From: Candidatus Gottesmanbacteria bacterium
Lineage (GTDB): Bacteria > Patescibacteriota > Microgenomatia > UBA10105
Direction: 5' to 3'
Assembly: GCA_023245415.1 (NCBI GenBank)
Contig: JAHFKJ010000001.1
Span: forward strand, 32,902-96,901
Length of the DNA: 64,000 nucleotides
A program made the position numbers and the translations under genes. This document shows positions 28,541 through 37,355 of this stretch, one piece after another; position 1 is the stretch's first letter, and every line of letters starts with the position of its first letter. Below the pieces are notes generated by a model. It was not told the origin of the DNA. It saw nothing but the letters and a program-made list of their open reading frames with translations, and did not search any database.

Positions 28541-29527
28541 ATGTTTGAATGGTCAAAACAAGTAATACTTCTTACTGGTGGGACAGGTTCTTTTGGTCAA
28601 GCTTTTACTAAGTATTTATTAAAAAAACAACCACCTAAATCACTACGGATTTATAGTCGTGATGAGTATAAACAATATTTGATGCAGCAAAAATTTAACC
28701 ATCGTGCATTACGCTATTTTTTAGGAGATGTACGTGATATCGATCGGTTACGCAGAGCAATGTCTGGGGTATCTTTAGTAATTCACGCAGCGGCTATGAA
28801 ACAAATTGTAGCTTCCGAATATAATCCCACTGAAGCAGTAAAAACTAATATATTCGGGACTATGAACGTTTTAAACGTGGCTCTTGATTATGATATTGAA
28901 AGAGTATTTGGACTAATCACCGACAAAGCAGTCAGTCCGATAAATCTATACGGTGCTACAAAGTTGTGTATGGAGAAACTGCTTATTCAAGGTAATGCTT
29001 ATCGAGGAAAATGTAAAACAAAATTAAGCTGCATACGGTATGGGAATGTTGCAGGCAGCCGTGGAAGTATTATTCCTCTATTTTCGAAACAGCAAAGAAA
29101 AGGATTTATAACGCTTACCCATCCCGAGATGACAAGATTCTGGTTGACATTGGAAGACGCTGTCAGTTACGTAATTAGATCGATTGAGATTATGAAGGGC
29201 GGAGAGGTGTTTATACCCAAGATGCCCAGTTTTAAAATAATTGATCTCATTAAAGCAATAAATCCAAAACTAAGGCATAAATTGATAGGGGTAAGACCAG
29301 GAGAAAAAATACACGAAGACTTAATTAATATTCATGAGTCTAAAAACATTAGAGAACTTCCCAAACATTTTGTACTTTTGCCAGAGTTTGATTTTTGGGA
29401 TGATCCCGGAAAAGAATATAAAGTTGGGAAAAATGTATCCGCGACATTTTCATATAGTAGTAATAATAATTCTCATTTTTTGTCACATACGCAACTTGCT
29501 CAGTTGTTAAAAACAATTGAGTTATGA
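28541..29527 (+). CDS. pseB: UDP-N-acetylglucosamine 4,6-dehydratase (inverting), PseB/FlaA1-like short CapD-family SDR
   Basis: 'ILLTGGTGSFGQAF', 'GDVRDIDRL', 'HAAAMKQIVASEYNPTEAVKTNIFGTMNV', 'ITDKAVSPINLYGATKLCMEKL' and 'IRYGNVAGSRGSIIPLF'. Confidence 0.75.
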   Translation: MFEWSKQVILLTGGTGSFGQAFTKYLLKKQPPKSLRIYSRDEYKQYLMQQKFNHRALRYFLGDVRDIDRLRRAMSGVSLVIHAAAMKQIVASEYNPTEAVKTNIFGTMNVLNVALDYDIERVFGLITDKAVSPINLYGATKLCMEKLLIQGNAYRGKCKTKLSCIRYGNVAGSRGSIIPLFSKQQRKGFITLTHPEMTRFWLTLEDAVSYVIRSIEIMKGGEVFIPKMPSFKIIDLIKAINPKLRHKLIGVRPGEKIHEDLINIHESKNIRELPKHFVLLPEFDFWDDPGKEYKVGKNVSATFSYSSNNNSHFLSHTQLAQLLKTIEL

Positions 29528-31425
29528 AAATTCCTACGGTTATTTTTGCTTTAAGTCAATCAGAGGCGATTAGTGCAATTGATTATAAAAAAAAACATCC
29601 GAACGAAAATGTCATCATACTTTCACCTGATCTGTCCGTTCAGATAATCTTACGCTCTGCCAATTTAAAACCACTCGAATATTTTAATAATTCCTACTAT
29701 AAAAACCGTCACTACTATACTGATTACTACTGGAAAGTAGAAAAGGAAGCTGTCAGGTTGACTCAACTAGTATTAAGTTTGTTATGTCGATTTAATACGA
29801 AGAGTAAAGATTACCTAATGCCTTTTCAAAATAGGCTAGAAATGGCTTATTTTGAAATACTCCAAACTTATACATTTTATCAATCACTTGAAAAAAAGTG
29901 GCATCCCAAAAATTATATCATTTCAGATATTTATAAAAATCAAAATACTAATTTATACACTCCATTTGCAAGTCTGTGGGAATTACTTCGAACTTTTTTT
30001 ATTCCTGTAAAGAAATTGAAATATTTACGAAGTTTTCCGCAGCCAAAAATACGAGTAAGGTTAAAATCATTATTATCAAATATTTATTCTACGAATTTAT
30101 CAATTACTCTCTTTCTGGTATTAATAGATCGTGTCAAAAATTATTTTATTAAGTATAAATTCAAAGAAGGTAATAATAGCGATGTGTTGATTTTCTCAGG
30201 AGGAAGAAATTTATACATTTATCAGGAACTTTTAAGTTTATTATTTAATAATAAACATATAAAATTCACAATAATTACAAGTCCGTTAACACTAAATGAT
30301 GAGATAAACTTTCGCCAGAAAAAAATTCCGTTTATACCTCTAGCCCATTATTTTACATCAGAATTGAACATTCTACAAAATAAAATAGCTGAAAAATTAA
30401 TTCCGCAAATGTTGTCTAACTTATTGAAAAGTAGATACAAAAATATATTTAGTTCGTATCCAATTTCGATGCAATCTGCGTTTCGTAAAAAAACTGAGCA
30501 AATTATTGGAGAAAACATGCACAAAAACATTAAACAGACATTATTAGCCAGAAAATTAATGACTATTTTTTCACCGCATCTTGTGATCACTACTCATGAT
30601 CCAGGTCCTACTGCCATGCCGTTTGCTTTAGCCGCAAAGCGTCGTGGCTTATCTTCACTTGTCTTAATGCACGGTTGGCAGGATACAATATTAGGCGTTA
30701 ACCATGAGAGTGAGAACATTGCTGTTTGGGGAGAATATGTGGCTAAGTGGTATAGGCGTAAACTGCATAATAAAAATACGCGTGTCTTTTCTCTTGGATA
30801 TCCGGTATTTGACGTGTTTTTTAAAGAACAGAGATTAAAAGTTAAAAACGATACTAAATTTCAAAAAATAAACCCAAAATTAAAAATTGCTGTTCTTCTT
30901 ACTATGTATCTTCCTAGTACTGCTCAAATAAGCAAATTTCTATTCGAACTGTTCAGTGAATTTTCAGAGGAAAAAGATAATTATGAGATTTCTCTGCGAA
31001 CTCATCCGAGTCAACCTACGAAAGGTATACTTGAGTTAGCAGAATCCTTAGAGATTGCCGTTATTCTAAATCCACCAGTATCATTAGAACAGTATATATT
31101 AAATAGTGATGTCATACTTTCATGGGATACCACAGCGATGTTTTGGGCTATGGTATATGGAAAGCCTTTATTTTATTGTACCCCTAATTGGTCAGAAGGT
31201 ATTACTCCGATAAGAAAGCTGGGAGGAGCCTGGATGGTAAAAAGCAGTAAAGATTTTTTTACTCAACTAAAAAGGTTGAAAATGTCGACACTTCTACTTA
31301 AGCAACTGCGTAAAGAACAAAAAAACTTCCTAAAAGAAATTATTGGTGTCACTGACGGTTCTTCTTCGCAAAAACATTATGAACTGATTATGCGTCTACT
31401 GAAAGAATCAACGGGAGTCAATTAG
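29524..31425 (+). CDS. Large soluble GT-B-like protein (capsule-polysaccharide-biosynthesis/TagF-like); candidate nonulosonate or other sugar transferase
   Basis: 633 aa. C-terminal region 'RTHPSQP...ILSWDTTAMFWAMVYGKPLFYC' resembles CDP-glycerol/capsule (KpsC/KpsS/TagF-type) GT-B transferases. ATGA overlap with pseB-like gene. Confidence 0.3.
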   Translation: MKIPTVIFALSQSEAISAIDYKKKHPNENVIILSPDLSVQIILRSANLKPLEYFNNSYYKNRHYYTDYYWKVEKEAVRLTQLVLSLLCRFNTKSKDYLMPFQNRLEMAYFEILQTYTFYQSLEKKWHPKNYIISDIYKNQNTNLYTPFASLWELLRTFFIPVKKLKYLRSFPQPKIRVRLKSLLSNIYSTNLSITLFLVLIDRVKNYFIKYKFKEGNNSDVLIFSGGRNLYIYQELLSLLFNNKHIKFTIITSPLTLNDEINFRQKKIPFIPLAHYFTSELNILQNKIAEKLIPQMLSNLLKSRYKNIFSSYPISMQSAFRKKTEQIIGENMHKNIKQTLLARKLMTIFSPHLVITTHDPGPTAMPFALAAKRRGLSSLVLMHGWQDTILGVNHESENIAVWGEYVAKWYRRKLHNKNTRVFSLGYPVFDVFFKEQRLKVKNDTKFQKINPKLKIAVLLTMYLPSTAQISKFLFELFSEFSEEKDNYEISLRTHPSQPTKGILELAESLEIAVILNPPVSLEQYILNSDVILSWDTTAMFWAMVYGKPLFYCTPNWSEGITPIRKLGGAWMVKSSKDFFTQLKRLKMSTLLLKQLRKEQKNFLKEIIGVTDGSSSQKHYELIMRLLKESTGVN

Positions 31426-31460
31426 ACTTGAAAAACTTATACTGATCAGGTTGTGTAAAC

Positions 31461-32561
31461 TCAATGTACAAGTTGCTGAAAAATAGAAATATACTGGTTT
31501 GCGATGATTTTATAGTTATAAAATGTTCGAATTAAAGTTGATGCATTTTTACCGATATGTTCTTTCAAATCATCTTGCTGATTAAGAGCGTTGATGTGTG
31601 ATACTATTTGTTTCAAGTTACCTGGATCGACCAGAATACAGTTGATTAAATGTTTAAATCTAAACTCTTCGACACCCGGAGTTTTAGTAAGAATTACAGC
31701 TTTGCTACAACTCATACAGCGCATAGCACTCGCCTGACCGCTAAAATGCTGATTTTGATTATTTAAGATTAGAACGATTTTGGAATTTCTAATTTTTTCA
31801 ACTAAATTGGCATTCTCAAAGTATTGTAGCCGAACGTTTTTTGGCATAGTTAGTTTAACCAAAGCAGGTTGAGTCGCAAATAAAAATTTTTCATTCGGAA
31901 AACTTAAAGCTACTTGGCGATATAGCTTCCAGTCGCGGGCCGGGTCAATTCCGATTCCAAGAATATATTTATCAGCGGAAGTTATAGCCGGTTTAAAAAA
32001 GTCTATATCAATTCCGCTATACGGCGCGAATCTAAAAAGAGTTATATCTAAATTAAAATTACTGGCCAGTAATTCGCATTCATGCCAACTGCTACCGGAA
32101 ATAAATAAGTCAACTTCAAGAAGCCAAGATTTTAAAACCCTTTTGTTAAATGAATTCTGTTTATTTATGAACTGATCGTACAATCCACAGATATTCATGA
32201 CTATTCTTGGTTTATTAATTAATCTCAACTTTTTTAATAATCCTAATGAAAGCCCAGTTTTAGGGGTGGTAGCAAATACAAACTGACTTCGATTAATTCT
32301 TTTTAGCAGTGGCAATATAGTTATTAAGGGAAAATTTATTCCGATTATTAAATTAAGAGTGTGATCTATAACTAAATGAAATAGTTTTACGAAAAAATTA
32401 TCTGAAGCAACAGTCGCAAAATCAAGGTTAAATTTTTTTTTAAATTCATGATAGAAATAGAAGTAGTCTTTTGGAATTTGACCGTTTTTAGCTTTAGACA
32501 GATCATTTTTGATAGAATTACGAAATAAATAAAGTAATTTTGTTTTATTTCTTTTCATCAT
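31461..32561 (-). CDS. Divergent GT-B-fold glycosyltransferase (GT4-like C-terminal domain)
   Basis: C-terminal 'FSGQASAMRCMSCSKAVILTKTPGVEEFRFKHLINCILVDPGNLKQIV' follows the GT1/GT4 donor-binding pattern. Lacks the canonical E-x7-E motif. Confidence 0.3.
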   Translation of the reverse strand: MMKRNKTKLLYLFRNSIKNDLSKAKNGQIPKDYFYFYHEFKKKFNLDFATVASDNFFVKLFHLVIDHTLNLIIGINFPLITILPLLKRINRSQFVFATTPKTGLSLGLLKKLRLINKPRIVMNICGLYDQFINKQNSFNKRVLKSWLLEVDLFISGSSWHECELLASNFNLDITLFRFAPYSGIDIDFFKPAITSADKYILGIGIDPARDWKLYRQVALSFPNEKFLFATQPALVKLTMPKNVRLQYFENANLVEKIRNSKIVLILNNQNQHFSGQASAMRCMSCSKAVILTKTPGVEEFRFKHLINCILVDPGNLKQIVSHINALNQQDDLKEHIGKNASTLIRTFYNYKIIANQYISIFQQLVH

Positions 32562-32600
32562 TCAGCATTTTATTGATTAAGTTATTTTTGCAAAAAAACT

Positions 32601-34034
32601 ATGCATATAAAATATATACTCGTTAGTCTGGCATTTACATTATTAGCTTCATGGATTATTCCTACTGAATTTACTACAGAAGATACCGCTATTCATGTAC
32701 CTTTTATCAAAAAAATTCTTACTCCAGAATTATATGAAGGCGATTATATATTTTTATCTAAATCACCTCAGGCAGAAATTTCATTCTATTATTTAAGTTT
32801 GGCTTTTGTGTCAAAGCAATTTAATTTAACAATTAAAGCACTTTACGAGTATGGTCGTAACATTTATTTCTTTTTATTTTTCATTACACTTTTTGTGTAC
32901 AGTCAAAAATTTTTCACCAGAATATCAATTGGTATGATTTTAGGGTTAATAGTCTTCTTTCACATACCAATAGGGGGGACTGCAACATTTCATTTGGAAG
33001 CAGAGATTATACCCAGGGCATTGGGAATGCTCATGAGTCTAATTATTCTATATTTGATTTTAACACAAAGGAAACGCCAGGGAATCTTGTTTGTGGGTGT
33101 AGCTTTTGCGGTTCATCCGTTATCAGCATTTTATACTTTGTGTTTGATCGGGGTTTACATGCTATATAAGGAGCAGTTTATGTCTCCGTCTAGAATAATT
33201 TATTTTTTTTGCACTATTTTAGGATTGCTAATTTTCTTAAACCTGATTAATTTCAATTTATTATCGATTGATAGATTCTGGTTATCTATCATACGCTTTA
33301 GGAATAGTTATGCTTTTCTTGATCTTTGGAATATAGTTGCCTGGTTCAATCTGCTAGTAACTCTTGTTCCAGGACTTATTTTTTTAAATCAGAAGAAAAC
33401 TAGACTTCATAAATGGAAATTTATATTACGGGTAACATACTTTACTGCAATCATTATCACCTTTGTACATATCTGCTTCGCCCTGATATATCCTATAGAT
33501 TTTGTAATATCTCTGCAACTTTTGCGAATATGGTATTATCCAACTGCATGTTCATTGGCTTGTTTTGCTTATTATGTGACCAATTACTTTAAGTCAAGAA
33601 TCTCAAAATCGGTATTACTGGGTATTTTTTTATTTGTGGCTGTGGTTTTTTTAAGTAATAAGTCAAACCACACGAGTAGTCAGTGGTTAGAAGTTGGAGA
33701 CTGGGTAAGTATAAACATCAAGAAGAATTGTACATTTTTAGTTCCATTTTATTCCAAAGGATTTAGAGCGATTTCAAATAGATCTTCCAGCGGAGAGTTT
33801 AAAGATGGAGCACTAAGTTTCTACTCAAAAGAATTTGCATTGTCCTGGTACAAAAGATATCAGGATCTTCATAATTGGGAAACTCTAACTACTGCTCAAA
33901 TTGGAGAATTAAGTTACAAATACCATTTTCAATATATTGTAGAATCCAAAAATCAAGAGCGTAATCTGACAAAAGTTTATTTTAATGATAACTATCAGAT
34001 CTACCAAATAAGTCCCCTTACGATCTGCAAATAG
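32601..34034 (+). CDS. Polytopic membrane protein with a C-terminal soluble domain (possible GT-C-like or Wzy/ligase-like)
   Basis: 477 aa, more than 10 hydrophobic segments. 'TTEDTAIHVPFIKK' acidic motif after the first TM. Confidence 0.3.
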   Translation: MHIKYILVSLAFTLLASWIIPTEFTTEDTAIHVPFIKKILTPELYEGDYIFLSKSPQAEISFYYLSLAFVSKQFNLTIKALYEYGRNIYFFLFFITLFVYSQKFFTRISIGMILGLIVFFHIPIGGTATFHLEAEIIPRALGMLMSLIILYLILTQRKRQGILFVGVAFAVHPLSAFYTLCLIGVYMLYKEQFMSPSRIIYFFCTILGLLIFLNLINFNLLSIDRFWLSIIRFRNSYAFLDLWNIVAWFNLLVTLVPGLIFLNQKKTRLHKWKFILRVTYFTAIIITFVHICFALIYPIDFVISLQLLRIWYYPTACSLACFAYYVTNYFKSRISKSVLLGIFLFVAVVFLSNKSNHTSSQWLEVGDWVSINIKKNCTFLVPFYSKGFRAISNRSSSGEFKDGALSFYSKEFALSWYKRYQDLHNWETLTTAQIGELSYKYHFQYIVESKNQERNLTKVYFNDNYQIYQISPLTICK

Positions 34035-34036
34035 AT

Positions 34037-35104
34037 ATGCGAGTGTGTTTTTTCGGGTCTTATGATCCGCGTTATTCAAGAAATAAAATTCTTATCGACG
34101 GGTTAGAAAAAAACAACGTATTAGTATTGCATTGTCGATCAACTCACCCAAGTGTATTCACTCGCTATCCTGAGCTTATTAAACAGTTCTTAAAAATTGG
34201 GATGAATTATGATATTTTATATGTTGGATTTGTTGGGCATTTAGATATGCCGCTCGCATTCGTTTTAGCTAAACTCACCGGTAAAAAAGTAGTTTTTGAT
34301 ATGTTTTATTCAATGTATGATACGTATGTTTACGATAGACAAAGTGCTAAGTCAGAAAGTTGGCGGGCAAAATCCTACTACTGGATTGATAGGATTGCTG
34401 CTGTACTTGCAGATTTAATCATTACCGATACCCGAGCGCATACGCAGTATTTTATCAAAAATTTTCATATAAATCGTCGAAAATTTCAACGAATATTCGT
34501 CGGTGGAGATGATACTCTATTTAAACCTTTCGTAAGAAGTAAGAGATTGCCTATTGTAATTGAATTCCATGGAATGTTTACTCGACTTCATGGAGCAGAA
34601 TATTTTGTTAAAGCCGCTAAGTTATTAGAGAATAATAAGAGTCTCTGTTTTCTTTTAATAGGGAGTACCTCAAATTATCCGCTGCCTATTGAAATTTATA
34701 AGAAACTTAGACCTAAAACTATGAAGTATATTCCTGCGCTTTCACTGACTAAACTCGCTAAAACCATAGCCGAAAGCGATATATGTATTGGTCATGTTGG
34801 GATTACTCAGAAAGCAAAACGTGTCATCACGAATAAAATGTATCATGGAATATTCTGTAAAGTTGCCGTAATTGCCGGAAATTGCCAAGCAAGTAGAGAG
34901 CTATTTACAAATCGAAAGACTGCCCTTTTTGTGAAAATGGGTGATGTAGTAGATTTAGCTGAAAAAATTAAACTGCTGGCATTTAATTCTAAATTACGAA
35001 ATGATATTTCAGAAAATGGTTATAAATTGGCGAAATCTAATCTGACAAATTACCAACTGGGAAAAAAATTATTGGGATATATGAATCATTTAATTAGATC
35101 GTGA
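34037..35104 (+). CDS. Putative GT-B-fold glycosyltransferase
   Basis: N-terminal 'MRVCFFGSYDPRYSRNKILIDGL' and overall Rossmann-like alternation. No strong motif. Confidence 0.3.
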   Translation: MRVCFFGSYDPRYSRNKILIDGLEKNNVLVLHCRSTHPSVFTRYPELIKQFLKIGMNYDILYVGFVGHLDMPLAFVLAKLTGKKVVFDMFYSMYDTYVYDRQSAKSESWRAKSYYWIDRIAAVLADLIITDTRAHTQYFIKNFHINRRKFQRIFVGGDDTLFKPFVRSKRLPIVIEFHGMFTRLHGAEYFVKAAKLLENNKSLCFLLIGSTSNYPLPIEIYKKLRPKTMKYIPALSLTKLAKTIAESDICIGHVGITQKAKRVITNKMYHGIFCKVAVIAGNCQASRELFTNRKTALFVKMGDVVDLAEKIKLLAFNSKLRNDISENGYKLAKSNLTNYQLGKKLLGYMNHLIRS

Positions 35105-36415
35105 GTGTCTGCTAAGAAATGCATCAAATGTTTCTTGAATATATTGAAGATGTGAATATGTAATGTGTGGACCGATTCCGATAAAAAAAGTATCTTTTAA
35201 CACTTTATCAGAATTGGTAAGTAAATTGCTGATTTTATATTTTACACGTCGTAATGCCGGTTGGCGAACGATATTTCCGGCGAAGACTGTTCGCGTTTCG
35301 ATAAGGTGTCGTTCCAGGTATTGGGTGATTTGGCTACGGGTAAAAGTTACTTTGTCACGAATGGTTAGAGGGAAGCTGAACCAGCACGGGTTAGCTTTTG
35401 GTAAACTTCGAGGAAGGATAAATAAATTTTCATAGGTTTTAAAAAATCTTAGTAACTGGGCGAAATTTCTTCGTCTGGCAGAAGCCATTGTCGGAAAACG
35501 GTGAAGCTGTGCAAGACCCATTGCAGCCTGTATTTCTACCGGTTTCAAATTGAAGCCGAGCGTTAGAAACAAGTATTTATGATCAATGGGAATATCATCA
35601 ATTTTAAAATTGAAACGATTCCGACAGGCTCCGTTCCGATCTTTTTCAAGAGAAGTACACCAGCAGCCTCTCCCCCAATTTCTGAACGATAGTATAACTC
35701 TGTGCAAACGGGGATCGTTAATAAACACAGCTCCTCCTTCACCAGCCATTGTGATGTGATGCGCGGGATAAAATGAACAAGTAGCTAATATTCCAAAGCT
35801 GCCGGTTTTTTTACCATCATACTCAGAGCCTAATGCATCGCAGTTATCTTCGATAACGAGTAGTTTATGTTTTTGAGCAACTTTCATAATTTTCTCCATT
35901 TCATTCGGGTTTCCCAGCGTATGTGGAATAAAAATAGCTCGGGTAATGGGAGTAATAGCTTCTTCTATCATTTGTATATTGGGATTGTATGTTCCCAAAT
36001 CTATATCAGTAAACACTGGCGTCATACCCATGTGAACTATCGCGGCCGCCGTAGTGGCGAAAGTACAGGCGGGAGTAATAATCTCGGCACCTTTTTCTAT
36101 TCTGTCTGAATACAAATCACTCGTAATACTCGCCATACAAAGTAAACTCGCAGACGAACCTGAATTGGTTAGTAATGTACTGTTTGAACCGATATATAGG
36201 CTTAAAGCTTTTTCGAGCATGTCACCTTTTATACCCAAACCGAACCAGCCACCCAACATAGTATCGGTCATTTGAATTAACTCTTCTGATCCATAGAATG
36301 AACCGGAATAACGTACTTTATGTTTACCAGGAATAAATTTTTTTTCCAACTGCGTGATTTTATAGTACTGTCGAAGCAATTTATGAACCTTGTTTTTTAA
36401 AAGATGCTTTTTCAT
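35090..36415 (-). CDS. DegT-family PMP-dependent sugar 3-dehydrase, RfbH/E1 (CDP-6-deoxy-D-xylo-4-hexulose-3-dehydrase)-like
   Basis: 'DNCDALGSEYDGKKTGSFGILATCSFYPAHHITMAGEGGAVF': the position normally holding the PLP lysine is His, the hallmark of E1/ColD dehydrases. The 441 aa length fits RfbH. Confidence 0.55.
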   Translation of the reverse strand: MKKHLLKNKVHKLLRQYYKITQLEKKFIPGKHKVRYSGSFYGSEELIQMTDTMLGGWFGLGIKGDMLEKALSLYIGSNSTLLTNSGSSASLLCMASITSDLYSDRIEKGAEIITPACTFATTAAAIVHMGMTPVFTDIDLGTYNPNIQMIEEAITPITRAIFIPHTLGNPNEMEKIMKVAQKHKLLVIEDNCDALGSEYDGKKTGSFGILATCSFYPAHHITMAGEGGAVFINDPRLHRVILSFRNWGRGCWCTSLEKDRNGACRNRFNFKIDDIPIDHKYLFLTLGFNLKPVEIQAAMGLAQLHRFPTMASARRRNFAQLLRFFKTYENLFILPRSLPKANPCWFSFPLTIRDKVTFTRSQITQYLERHLIETRTVFAGNIVRQPALRRVKYKISNLLTNSDKVLKDTFFIGIGPHITYSHLQYIQETFDAFLSRHSRSN

Positions 36416-36430
36416 AATAAAATCAATAGA

Positions 36431-37303
36431 TTAGTAAATAACATGAGTTATGTATTCTTCAAGCGATACTTTCCAATCGCGCATCTGATCTAGTCCTAAT
36501 TCGATGAGTTTTCCATTTCGTACTTCAAGCTTTCGGCTTCTTGGCGCGGCTTCTATAAACGTATCTGCAGGTATGGCAGAGAGTTTTATGTTTCGAATAC
36601 GGGCAAAGTCTAATATGGTTTTTGCATATTCAAAATAACTTGTAATTCCGTGGCCTACCATATTATATGTTCCATAAATCTGGTTATCAATTAATGTAAG
36701 CAAGTTTTTTATACTGTCTCGGCTATAACTGGGCTGAATAAATCTGTCAGAAACAACGGATATTCTATTACGAATCTTTGCGAGTTCTAATATTTTATGA
36801 ACAAATTTTTTATCTTTATTTTTTCCACCAAACAACGAACCTAATCGCACAACTAACTTTTTATCAATATCTAATTCCTCTAGCATCTGTTCTGCGATTA
36901 ACTTATGTTTTGCGTAAATACCAAGAGTTTCACTTAGAATAGGTTGATCAAATCGATCATCGATTGGAGATTTATTTAACCCTGAAAATACATAGTAAGT
37001 ACTCGGAAAAACAAATGTGCTGTCAATTTTTTTACAAGCTTTGGCGATATAAAAAACGGCTTGAGCATTTACTAAGAAACTTTGGTCAGGGTGATTTTCA
37101 CACCAATCAACATCCGTTTTGGCAGCGAAATGAAATACAATTTTTGGGTTTAAACGAAGTATTTTTTCGTGAACGTCATATTTATTAGTAACGTCTAATT
37201 CTTTTGCAGTCCACTTAATTAAACAGTATCTTTCTGGATTAAGCAAATCTATAATTTCTTGAGCTAAAGCTCCATTGGCTCCAGTTAATAACGCGGTCTT
37301 CAT
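36431..37303 (-). CDS. RmlD-like NAD(P)H-dependent sugar-nucleotide reductase (SDR, RmlD substrate-binding type)
   Basis: 'MKTALLTGANGALAQEII', about 290 aa. Position directly downstream of the RfbH-like gene. Confidence 0.45.
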   Translation of the reverse strand: MKTALLTGANGALAQEIIDLLNPERYCLIKWTAKELDVTNKYDVHEKILRLNPKIVFHFAAKTDVDWCENHPDQSFLVNAQAVFYIAKACKKIDSTFVFPSTYYVFSGLNKSPIDDRFDQPILSETLGIYAKHKLIAEQMLEELDIDKKLVVRLGSLFGGKNKDKKFVHKILELAKIRNRISVVSDRFIQPSYSRDSIKNLLTLIDNQIYGTYNMVGHGITSYFEYAKTILDFARIRNIKLSAIPADTFIEAAPRSRKLEVRNGKLIELGLDQMRDWKVSLEEYITHVIY

Positions 37304-37355
37304 AGCATTAAACTGCTTTTTGTGATAAGTTCCAAAAATTATGAAAATACTAAAA

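Noticed and set aside
29524-31425. The 633-aa protein as the missing PseG (UDP-sugar hydrolase).
   Set aside because: It is about twice the size of PseG. Its conserved C-terminal block resembles TagF/KpsC/KpsS-type transferases rather than the MurG-like PseG fold. It is kept only as a generic GT-B candidate.
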